Shown piece by piece: positions 28,501 through 35,761 of a stretch of 64,000 nucleotides of DNA. This DNA comes from Thermovibrio ammonificans HB-1. Lineage in GTDB: Bacteria > Aquificota > Aquificia > Desulfurobacteriales > Desulfurobacteriaceae. The stretch covers positions 264,418-328,417 of the forward strand of contig NC_014926.1 in assembly GCF_000185805.1 (NCBI RefSeq), given 5' to 3'. Every line of letters begins with the position of its first letter. The first letter of the stretch is position 1. The notes beneath the pieces are model-generated. The model searched no databases. It worked only from the letters and a program-made list of their open reading frames with translations, and had not been told where the DNA came from. The translations under genes were made by a program, and so were the position numbers.

Positions 28501-29856
28501 GTGAGCGGAGCTTCCGGCGGAACCGGAGCCTCTCCCCTCTCCTCCATTAAGGGGGCGGGTCTGCCCTGGGAGGTGGGCCTTGCGGAAACCCAGAAAGAGC
28601 TTATCCAGAATGAGCTCAGAGAGTCTGTAGGCCTCAGGGTAGACGGCGGCTTCAAAATCGGCAGAGACGTTGTTATTGCAGCCCTTTTAGGGGCCGAAGA
28701 GTTTGGTTTCGGCACCGCCGCCATGATTGCCGAAGGCTGCGTTATGGACCGCGACTGCCATACGAACCGCTGTCCGGTGGGCATAGCCACTCAAGACGAA
28801 AAACGCATAAAGAAGTTCAGGGGAGCCGTTGAAACCGTTGTCAACTACTTTAAGCTGGTTGCCGAGGATATCCGCCGCATACTTGCCCAAATGGGCTACA
28901 GGAGCCTCGACGAAATCATAGGCAGAACAGACCTCCTGGCGGAAAATACCGAGCTGAAAGAGCGCTATCCCCTTGCGAGGAAGCTCAACCTCTCCTTCAT
29001 CACCGGCGTTCCCGCTTACAGGCTGAAGAGGAAAGAGCTTCCCTACAACCCTGTAGTTTCCAAACTCAACGAACAGATAGTCAAAGACGTTCTTCCCCAC
29101 CTTAAAAAGGGAGAGCGGGTCTTTAAGGAATACCCCATAAAGAACACCGACAGGAGCGTAGGAGTTTCCCTTGCCTACCACATAGTTAAGCTCTTCGGAA
29201 ACGAAGGGCTTCCCACAAACCTTGTTCACTTAAGATTCAAAGGTGTTGCCGGTCAGAGCTTCGGTGCCTTCCTCCCTTCGGGGGTTCTCCTGGAAGTTGT
29301 CGGCGAGGCCAACGACTACGTTGCCAAAGGGCTCGGCGGCGGGATAGTAGTTTTACACTTCCCCGAGGAGTTTAGGGGCAACCCCACCGAGAACGTAATA
29401 GCCGGTAACACCATACTCTACGGAGCCACCGGCGGTGCCCTCTTTGCCTCCGGCGTTGTAGGCGAGAGGTTCGCCGTTAGAAACAGCGGAGCCGTTGCAG
29501 TTGTTGAAGGGGCAGGTCAGCACGCCTGCGAGTACATGGTAAGGGGTATCGTTGTAATTCTGGGCAGCGTCGGTAAGAACCTCGGGGCGGGAATGACCGG
29601 CGGAACGGCCTTCGTTCTCGACCCGGAAATCGAAGAGAAGATAAACAGAGACTACGTAGAAGTAAGAAGGCTGAACAGGCAGGACATCGACGTTCTCACC
29701 TCGCTGCTCATGAAACACTACAAGTTCACCAAGAGCCCAACCGCCGCAAGAGTTTTAGAGAACAGAGCCCTCCTTGAGTCCATAAGGAAGGTTGTTCCCA
29801 TAGGCGTAAAAGAACTCGAGCTGAAAGTATCCGGGGAGGATAAACTGCCCGATTAA
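25516..29856 (+). CDS. gltB: glutamate synthase large subunit
   Basis: 1446 aa. N-terminal Ntn amidotransferase domain (MGNFHKDSCGVGF), followed by FMN/Fe-S central and C-terminal domains. Confidence 0.95.
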   Translation: MGNFHKDSCGVGFIANFKGERSYRVIDRALAAVSNLTHRGATLADGRTGDGSGILFQVPHDFFSKEARRLSPDFKATEVAVGTFFLSGSVDEALELIESEVKAVLGDAVLRDVPIDPSQCGEIARRSLPKIVQVIAPASTPVEEYVLRRRLEKGLKSIDRRNYVVSLSSRLVVYKGMLLAPDLKRFFLDLRCEELTSSFAIFHQRYSTNTNPEWRLAQPLRFIAHNGEINTITANRNLIKALEPILSTPALGERIKEVLPLVEFDESDSASLDRVYELMVVAGIDPATAITVLIPPAYELLTHLTGEERAFFEYASLLMKPWDGPAAIAFTDGTVVGGKLDRNGLRPARFVVTEGGDVIFGSEVGMVEVPESEVVRFGRLMPGEIFTVNVETGEFKDNDEILSEIASELRVEREVRRKLYRLKGKKKVEPRVREGLGRELVKFCYSTEDLEEVVEYMAEMGKEPVFSMGDDTPIPNLLDRPYLLFRHFKQRFAQVTNPPIDPIREKAVMSLKLRLGAKVNFLELSGKLRRRIEVDSPLLTPSEFEEIKGTEFLNVKEFKLEFREDETLREGLKRLFESVKRAILEENVEIIILSDRDVELPIPSLLATSGLCAFLEREKLLHRVSLVVETGEVRDTHQTAALVAFGASAVHPYLVFEYLKSKEVELNKPYSELEANYKEAVNAGLLKIMSKMGISVISSYHRSHLFDILGIGREVVEEFFPHTASPVDGIGLEEIEQTVRERVKLSKELHEPSPSGELKFRPGGIHHSWSPKVVAGIFKAAKSGSYEEFRKVVEEVLKRPTYLRDLLEIKSDREPIPIDQVEPVESIVKRLMVPGMSIGALSKVAHEVIAEAMNILGSKSCSGEGGEDPARYGTIKNSKIKQVASGRFGVTPAYLASAEEIEIKIAQGAKPGEGGHLPGHKVTPYIASLRYSVPGVALISPPPHHDIYSIEDLAQLIYDLKLANPEARIAVKLVSEVGVGTVACGVAKAKADIVQVSGASGGTGASPLSSIKGAGLPWEVGLAETQKELIQNELRESVGLRVDGGFKIGRDVVIAALLGAEEFGFGTAAMIAEGCVMDRDCHTNRCPVGIATQDEKRIKKFRGAVETVVNYFKLVAEDIRRILAQMGYRSLDEIIGRTDLLAENTELKERYPLARKLNLSFITGVPAYRLKRKELPYNPVVSKLNEQIVKDVLPHLKKGERVFKEYPIKNTDRSVGVSLAYHIVKLFGNEGLPTNLVHLRFKGVAGQSFGAFLPSGVLLEVVGEANDYVAKGLGGGIVVLHFPEEFRGNPTENVIAGNTILYGATGGALFASGVVGERFAVRNSGAVAVVEGAGQHACEYMVRGIVVILGSVGKNLGAGMTGGTAFVLDPEIEEKINRDYVEVRRLNRQDIDVLTSLLMKHYKFTKSPTAARVLENRALLESIRKVVPIGVKELELKVSGEDKLPD

Positions 29857-29863
29857 TAAAGTT

Positions 29864-29892
29864 AAAGGGGGCTTGCGCCCCCTTATTTAATG
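29864..29892. terminator. bidirectional hairpin terminator between convergent gltB and purH
   Basis: AAAGGGGGC-TTGC-GCCCCCTT with A/T runs on both sides. Confidence 0.5.
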
Positions 29893-31482
29893 TCTGAAGT
29901 GGCGAATGCCCGTGAACACCATTGCCATACCGTGTTCGTTGGCCGCCTCTATAACCTCTTTGTCCCTTATCGAACCTCCCGGCTGGATGATTGCCGTTAC
30001 GCCCACCTTTGCCGCCTCGTCTACGCTGTCTCTGAAGGGGAAGAAGGCTTCCGAAGCCAGAACCGAGCCGTTGAGGTCTATGCCTACCATTTGGGCCTTC
30101 TCGGCTGCGCACCTGGCGGAGTCTACCCGGGAGGTTTGGCCTACGCCGATGGCAACGGCAACGCCGTCTTTTGCGTAAACAACTGAGTTGGATTTAACCC
30201 ACTTAACCACCTTAAAGGCAAACAGGAGGTCCTTCCACTCCTTCTCGGTGGGCTCCCTGTCTGTAACCACTTTGAGCTTTTCGGGGTCTACGGTTACGAG
30301 GTCTCTATCTTGAACGAGCAGTCCGCCGACAACCCGCCTGTAGTCGAAGGGCGAATCTGCTCCCCTCTTCTCAATCCCTGTAAGCCCGTCGGTTGTTAGA
30401 ACCCTGAGGTTCTTCTTCCTCTTTAGAACTTCCAGGGCTTCCTCGTCGTATTCGGGGGCGATGATGCACTCGTAGAACCTTTCGGTTATAAGCTCTGCCG
30501 CCTCTTTCGTAACTTTTGCGTTAAAGGCGATAATGCCGCCAAAGGCCGAGATTGGGTCCACTTTCAGGGCCTTCTCGTAGGCTTCCTGGGGCGTTTTACC
30601 CAGGGCAACGCCGCAGGGGTTTGCGTGTTTTATGATTGCACACGCCACCCCTTCGGTTTCGGGCTCAAACTCGAGAACGAGGTTCAGCGCTCCGTCGAGG
30701 TCGTAGATGTTGTTAAAGGAAAGCTCCTTCTCCCCGTGGAGCTTCCTCGCCCTGGTTACGCAGGGCTCCTTTACGAAGACCTCCCTGTAGAAGGCCCCCC
30801 TCTGGTGGGGGTTCTCGCCGTAGCGGAGGTCTTGAACCTTCTCAAAGGTTACCGTTAGGGGGGAGCGGAGCTCCCTGCACGCCAGTGGTTTACCCTCTTC
30901 ATCTATCGAGTAGAGGTAGTCTGCTATGAGGGCGTCGTAGTGGGCCGTAAGGTTAAAGGCTTTCCTTGCAAGGTAAAAGCGCGTTTTTAAAGATATTTCA
31001 CCGGTCTCCTTCAGCTCCTTCAGAACTCTGTCGTAGTCGGCCGGGTCTGTCACTATTGCAACGAACTTGTAGTTCTTTGCGGCGGCTCTAACCATGGTCG
31101 GGCCGCCGATGTCTATGTTCTCGATTATCTCTTCAAGGTCTGCACCCTTTGCAACGGTTTCCTTAAACGGGTAGAGGTTAATAACCAGCAGGTCTATGGG
31201 CTCTATCTCCAGCTCCTTCATGGCCCGAAGGTGCTCGTCTTTGTCGCGGCGAGCAAGGATGCCTCCGTGGACCTTCGGGTGGAGCGTTTTGACCCTTCCC
31301 TCCATAATTTCGGGGAATCCCGTCAGCTCCGATATCTCCCTCACCGGAATGCCGGCCCCCTTCAGGAGCTTCGCCGTTCCTCCCGTGGAGATGATTTCGA
31401 TTCCGAGCCTGCTGAGCTCTTTGGCAAACTCCACTATGTTGGTCTTATCCGAAACGGAAATCAGGGCTCTTGCAGGGCGCAT
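29887..31482 (-). CDS. purH: bifunctional AICAR transformylase / IMP cyclohydrolase
   Basis: MRPARALISVSDKTNIVEFAKEL... and a PurH C-terminus. The ATG at 31482 follows GGAGG. The ORF track's 46-codon N-terminal extension is rejected. Confidence 0.9.
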   Translation of the reverse strand: MRPARALISVSDKTNIVEFAKELSRLGIEIISTGGTAKLLKGAGIPVREISELTGFPEIMEGRVKTLHPKVHGGILARRDKDEHLRAMKELEIEPIDLLVINLYPFKETVAKGADLEEIIENIDIGGPTMVRAAAKNYKFVAIVTDPADYDRVLKELKETGEISLKTRFYLARKAFNLTAHYDALIADYLYSIDEEGKPLACRELRSPLTVTFEKVQDLRYGENPHQRGAFYREVFVKEPCVTRARKLHGEKELSFNNIYDLDGALNLVLEFEPETEGVACAIIKHANPCGVALGKTPQEAYEKALKVDPISAFGGIIAFNAKVTKEAAELITERFYECIIAPEYDEEALEVLKRKKNLRVLTTDGLTGIEKRGADSPFDYRRVVGGLLVQDRDLVTVDPEKLKVVTDREPTEKEWKDLLFAFKVVKWVKSNSVVYAKDGVAVAIGVGQTSRVDSARCAAEKAQMVGIDLNGSVLASEAFFPFRDSVDEAAKVGVTAIIQPGGSIRDKEVIEAANEHGMAMVFTGIRHFRH

Positions 31483-31570
31483 CTTCTCCTCCGTAAGCTG
31501 TTGTGGAGCAAATTTTACAGGAACGCCTTTTTCTGTCGTAAAATAACCTAAGTTCGGTTGGGGGATAACA

Positions 31571-32431
31571 ATGGAATCGCTCTTTCCTCTAATAGTTTTC
31601 TCCGGCTTCGGTGCCCTCATACTGGCCGTTGCCTCTGTGAAAATCGTCCCTCAGAAACAGGCCTGGATAGTGGAGAGGCTGGGCAAGTACCACAGGACCC
31701 TCTACGCCGGCCTCCACTTCATAGTTCCGTTCCTGGACGTTGTAAGGGCGAAGGTGAGCTTGAAGGAACAGGTTCTCGATATCCCGAAGCAGGAGGTTAT
31801 CACCAAGGACAACGTTGTTGTGCGGATAGACGCCGTCTGCTACTACACCGTGGTTAAGCCCGAAGACGCCGTTTACAACATAGAGAACCTTGAATACGCA
31901 ATTGTTCAAACTATCCAGACCAACCTGCGGGACATCATAGGAGGGATGGAACTTGACGAGATTCTCTCCTCCCGCGAGAAGATAAACGCCAGGATTAAAG
32001 AGGTTCTTCAGGGTGCCGCTTCCAGCTGGGGAATACTGATTAACAGGGTTGAAGTTAAAGAGATTGAGCCCCCTTCAAACATCGTTCAGGCGATGAGTAT
32101 GCTCATAGAGGCAGACAGGAAGAAGAGGGCCATGATTACAGAGGCCGAAGGTAAAAAGCGGGCCCAAGTGCTCGAGGCGGAAGGGTATAAACTTGCCAAG
32201 TGGCAGGAGGCGGAGGCCATAGAACGTATAGGAAAGGCCCAGGCGAACGCCCTCAGAAGCGTTGTGGAGGCCACCTCGAGCCCGGAGCTTGCGGCTAAGC
32301 TCCTAATCGGCGGAGACCTCGTTAAAGGTATAGAAAGGCTTGCCGCCTCTCAGAACGCGAAGTTTGTGGTTCTTCCCCCTTCTGTAGAGTCCCTCTTCAA
32401 GCTCCTCGGAGAGAAAGGTGGTAACGGCTGA
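31571..32431 (+). CDS. SPFH/band-7 (stomatin-like) protein
   Basis: N-terminal transmembrane segment, an SPFH domain, and a coiled-coil C-terminus. Confidence 0.85.
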   Translation: MESLFPLIVFSGFGALILAVASVKIVPQKQAWIVERLGKYHRTLYAGLHFIVPFLDVVRAKVSLKEQVLDIPKQEVITKDNVVVRIDAVCYYTVVKPEDAVYNIENLEYAIVQTIQTNLRDIIGGMELDEILSSREKINARIKEVLQGAASSWGILINRVEVKEIEPPSNIVQAMSMLIEADRKKRAMITEAEGKKRAQVLEAEGYKLAKWQEAEAIERIGKAQANALRSVVEATSSPELAAKLLIGGDLVKGIERLAASQNAKFVVLPPSVESLFKLLGEKGGNG

Positions 32432-32861
32432 TATCCTGCCATTCCTGCTTGTTACGGTGGGCTTCCTCCTGCTCGTTGTGGAGTTCTTCCTGTGGAGCTT
32501 CGTTGTTTTCCCGATAGGCTTTGCCTTTATAGCACTCGGTTTTGCCCTCCTCTTTCACCTGTCCCGATGGGCGGCCCTTGCCCTCTTTTTCGGCGTTGCC
32601 TCTGCAGGCTACACCCTCTCTTTTATCTACCTGAAGCGTCTTAAGGGAAAGGAGAACCTGCTCGAGGAGCTTCGCACCCAGCAAGGCGTGGTAATATCCC
32701 GCGTAGACGAATTTACCTACCTTGTCAGGTTCCCCTTAGGTGCCGGCGGCGAAGAGGTTTGGAACGCCTACTGCGAGAGGGAGCTCAAGTACGGCGACCG
32801 CGTTAGGGTTGTGGGCCTTAAGGGGAACAAGCTGCTGGTGGAGAAAGAGGAAGATGCTTAG
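32418..32861 (+). CDS. NfeD-family membrane protein (stomatin operon partner)
   Basis: Hydrophobic N-terminus and a C-terminal OB-like segment. Follows and overlaps the stomatin gene. Confidence 0.65.
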   Translation: MVTADILPFLLVTVGFLLLVVEFFLWSFVVFPIGFAFIALGFALLFHLSRWAALALFFGVASAGYTLSFIYLKRLKGKENLLEELRTQQGVVISRVDEFTYLVRFPLGAGGEEVWNAYCERELKYGDRVRVVGLKGNKLLVEKEEDA

Positions 32862-33927
32862 GTGGGCGGAAGTTCACCTCGACAGGCTGCTTTACAACTA
32901 CAGGCAGGTTGAAAAACTTTCCGGCCCCAAGAAACTGATAGCCGTTGTAAAGGCCAACGCCTACGGCCACGGGAGCGTAGCCGTTGCCCGGTTCCTCCAG
33001 GAGCAGACGGCCGTTTCCGCCTTTGCGGTTGCCACCTATGCAGAAGGGGTTCAACTGCGTGAGGCAGGCATACAGAGGCCGATTATCGTTATGTCCTCTA
33101 CCTTAGAGGAAGAGCTCGGCAGGGCCAGGGAGTTTCGCCTGATGCCCGTTGTTTACGACTTCTGGGAGCTGGAAAGGGCAAAGGAGCTTGAAGTTCCGTT
33201 TCACGTGAAGCTCGACACCGGAATGGGAAGGCTCGGTTTCCTCCCCTCCCAGTGGCAGGAGCTCCTCTGCTCCCTTCGTGGAGCCAAACTCGCCGGGGTT
33301 ATGACCCACTTCCCCTCCGCCGACGAAGACCCGGAGTTTACCGCCGGTCAGGCGAAGCTCTTCGGGGAGTTTGTAAAGGCCTTAAAAGGGGCTTTCCCGA
33401 AACTGTGGGTCCACTGCGATAACAGCGCCGCCCTGCCCCTTGGTCTGAACGGCCTCTTTACCCACTCAAGGGTGGGCCTTGCGCTTTATGGCTCAAAACC
33501 CTTTGGCGGCTACCCGGCCTCCTTAAAGCAGGTAATGGAGGTTAAGGCCCGGATAATCTCGGTAAAAGAGCTTCCCCCCGGCCACTCCGTCTCCTACGGG
33601 AGAACCTACACCACCTCCGGGAAGGAGAGGGTGGGGGTTGTAAGCTTCGGCTACGCCGACGGCCTTCCGAGGAGCCTGTCGGGCAGGGGAAGCTTCATCG
33701 TAAACGGCAGGCGCTGCCCGATTAGGGGGCGGGTCTGTATGGATATGACCGTTATCTCCCTTGAGGGCGTTGTTGCCGGCAAGGGGGGTGTTGCAACCGT
33801 AACCGGCCTTGAGCTTCCCTTTGAAGAACTGGCCCGCCTTGCAGGTACCATCCCCTACGAACTAATGTGTAGAATTAGTCCCAGAGTAGAGAGGGTTTAC
33901 CGTGGATTACAGAGTTTACGAACTTGA
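32854..33927 (+). CDS. alr: alanine racemase
   Basis: PLP-site motif VVKANAYGHG. The ATG at 32854 is the chosen start. The ORF track's upstream extension overlaps nfeD and is rejected. Confidence 0.85.
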   Translation: MLRWAEVHLDRLLYNYRQVEKLSGPKKLIAVVKANAYGHGSVAVARFLQEQTAVSAFAVATYAEGVQLREAGIQRPIIVMSSTLEEELGRAREFRLMPVVYDFWELERAKELEVPFHVKLDTGMGRLGFLPSQWQELLCSLRGAKLAGVMTHFPSADEDPEFTAGQAKLFGEFVKALKGAFPKLWVHCDNSAALPLGLNGLFTHSRVGLALYGSKPFGGYPASLKQVMEVKARIISVKELPPGHSVSYGRTYTTSGKERVGVVSFGYADGLPRSLSGRGSFIVNGRRCPIRGRVCMDMTVISLEGVVAGKGGVATVTGLELPFEELARLAGTIPYELMCRISPRVERVYRGLQSLRT

Positions 33928-34702
33928 AGTTCCGGCCTCCGAATACGACCTTGCAACTTCTGAACTCTTTGAGGCCGGTGCCCTCGGAGTAGAGGTAGTT
34001 TCCGAAGGAGAAACCGTAACCTTTAAAGCCTACTTTAAAGAGGGCTCCCTTCCCGAAAGGCTGAAGCCCTACCTTAAAAGCGTTTCCCCCCTGGAGGAGA
34101 GAGACTGGAACAGCGAGTGGAAGAAACACTACGCCCCTGTAAACGTGGGCAGCGGCATCTGGGTTGTTCCCTCCTGGATGAAGGGGGAGTTTAAAGAGCC
34201 CGAAGGTTCGCTCGTTATCTACATCCGTCCCGGCAGGGGGTTCGGGACGGGAACTCACGAAACTACAAAGCTCGCTATGAGGTTTATAAAGAAGCTCCTT
34301 AAAGAGGGAGACTCCTTCCTCGATGTCGGCTGCGGCAGCGGAATACTCTCGATACTTGCGGCAAAACTCGGGGCCTCTGAAGTTGTTGGGTGCGACATCC
34401 AGCCCAACCTCCAAGAGGAGATAGAGGAAAACCAGAGGCTCAACGGCATTGAGTTTACCTTTGTTGAAGGCAGCGTTAACGCCGTAAACGGCAAGTTCGA
34501 CCTTGTAGTTGCGAACATAGAGAAACACCACCTTGAACCCCTGCTTCCGCTCCTTGCCGAAAAGTTCAAAGGCACCCTTATTCTTTCCGGGATTCTCACC
34601 TCGCAAAGAGACCAGTTTGTTAAAACCCTTGAGAAGCTCGGCCTCAGAGTTGTTGAAGAGGCCAAAGAGGGGGAGTGGTGCGCGTTCGTGGCGAGAAAGT
34701 AG
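33902..34702 (+). CDS. prmA: ribosomal protein L11 methyltransferase
   Basis: PrmA N-terminal domain followed by the SAM-binding motif DVGCGSGILS. Confidence 0.85.
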   Translation: MDYRVYELEVPASEYDLATSELFEAGALGVEVVSEGETVTFKAYFKEGSLPERLKPYLKSVSPLEERDWNSEWKKHYAPVNVGSGIWVVPSWMKGEFKEPEGSLVIYIRPGRGFGTGTHETTKLAMRFIKKLLKEGDSFLDVGCGSGILSILAAKLGASEVVGCDIQPNLQEEIEENQRLNGIEFTFVEGSVNAVNGKFDLVVANIEKHHLEPLLPLLAEKFKGTLILSGILTSQRDQFVKTLEKLGLRVVEEAKEGEWCAFVARK

Positions 34703-35523
34703 ACCTTCACAGCCACTCAACCGCCTCCGATGGAACCTTCACTCCGTCGGAACTTGTTGAGCTTGCCCATCTGAAGGGAATAACCCTCTTCTCCCTCACA
34801 GACCACGACACGGTAGACGGCCTTCCTCAGGCCCGTTTAAGGGGCAGAGAGCTTGGGGTAAACGTTATCCCCGGCATAGAGGTAACCGCCGATACCTCCT
34901 TCCTCGGCCCCGGGAAGAGGGAGCTTCACATCCTCGGCTACTACTTTGACCCCGACTCAGAGCCCATCAGACACCTTACCGCCTTTTTTAAAGAGTCCCG
35001 AATAAAGCGAAACAAGGAGCTCCTTGCAAGGCTTGAAGAGAGGGGATTTCCCGTAACCTACGCCCAAATGGTGAAACGCTTCGGGGAGAACTTCGGAAAG
35101 CCCAACATTGCGAGGGTTCTCATAGATGCAGGTTTTTTCACTAACAGGGAACAGGCCATAGACTTCCTCTCCTCCTTGGGGGTTAAGCGGGAGAAAATGG
35201 ACTACAGAACTGTTTTAGAACTCATCACCGAAGCCGGAGGCCTGCCGGTTATCGCCCACCCGGTTACCACCGGCCTTAGCCACTCTCAGCTCTACTGCTT
35301 CCTCAAGGAGGCCAAAGAGGCCGGCCTTAAAGGGGTAGAAGTTTACCACTACCGTCACACTCCGAAAGACGTTGCGGCCCTTAACTGTATGGCTAAGGAG
35401 TTAGGCCTCTTCACGACCGCCGGCTCCGACTTTCACGGAGCGAATAAACCCTGTATAGAGCTTGGTTTCCTTAACGTTACTACTGCTCAGATAAACTTCC
35501 CGAACTACTGCCAGATAACTTGA
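34675..35523 (+). CDS. PHP-domain phosphoesterase (TrpH/YciV-like)
   Basis: PHP motif DLHSHSTASDG...LTDHD. Confidence 0.75.
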   Translation: MVRVRGEKVDLHSHSTASDGTFTPSELVELAHLKGITLFSLTDHDTVDGLPQARLRGRELGVNVIPGIEVTADTSFLGPGKRELHILGYYFDPDSEPIRHLTAFFKESRIKRNKELLARLEERGFPVTYAQMVKRFGENFGKPNIARVLIDAGFFTNREQAIDFLSSLGVKREKMDYRTVLELITEAGGLPVIAHPVTTGLSHSQLYCFLKEAKEAGLKGVEVYHYRHTPKDVAALNCMAKELGLFTTAGSDFHGANKPCIELGFLNVTTAQINFPNYCQIT

Positions 35524-35561
35524 CACAACGGGGGGAGAAATCTATATTTTGTGGTGCGGTT

Positions 35562-35637
<76 letters not shown>

Positions 35638-35674
35638 TTTTTATTTTTCCCGCCGAAAAAACAAAAACAATAGA

Positions 35675-35761
35675 GCCCGGGTGGCGGAACTGGCAGACGC
35701 ACGGGACTTAAAATCCCGGGGCCGCAAGGCCGTGCGGGTTCGATTCCCGCCCCGGGCACCA
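35675..35761 (+). tRNA. tRNA-Leu (TAA)
   Basis: Anticodon loop CTTAAAA, a long variable arm, and the acceptor pairing GCCCGGG/CCCGGGC. Confidence 0.9.

Noticed and set aside
31483-31620. 46-codon N-terminal extension of purH in the ORF track.
   Set aside because: Canonical PurH start MRPARALISVSDK at 31482 has a GGAGG RBS. The extension would overlap the stomatin promoter and start region.
32740-32853. N-terminal extension of alr overlapping nfeD.
   Set aside because: In-frame ATG at 32854 begins the conserved racemase N-terminus. The upstream part has no homology and overlaps nfeD coding sequence.
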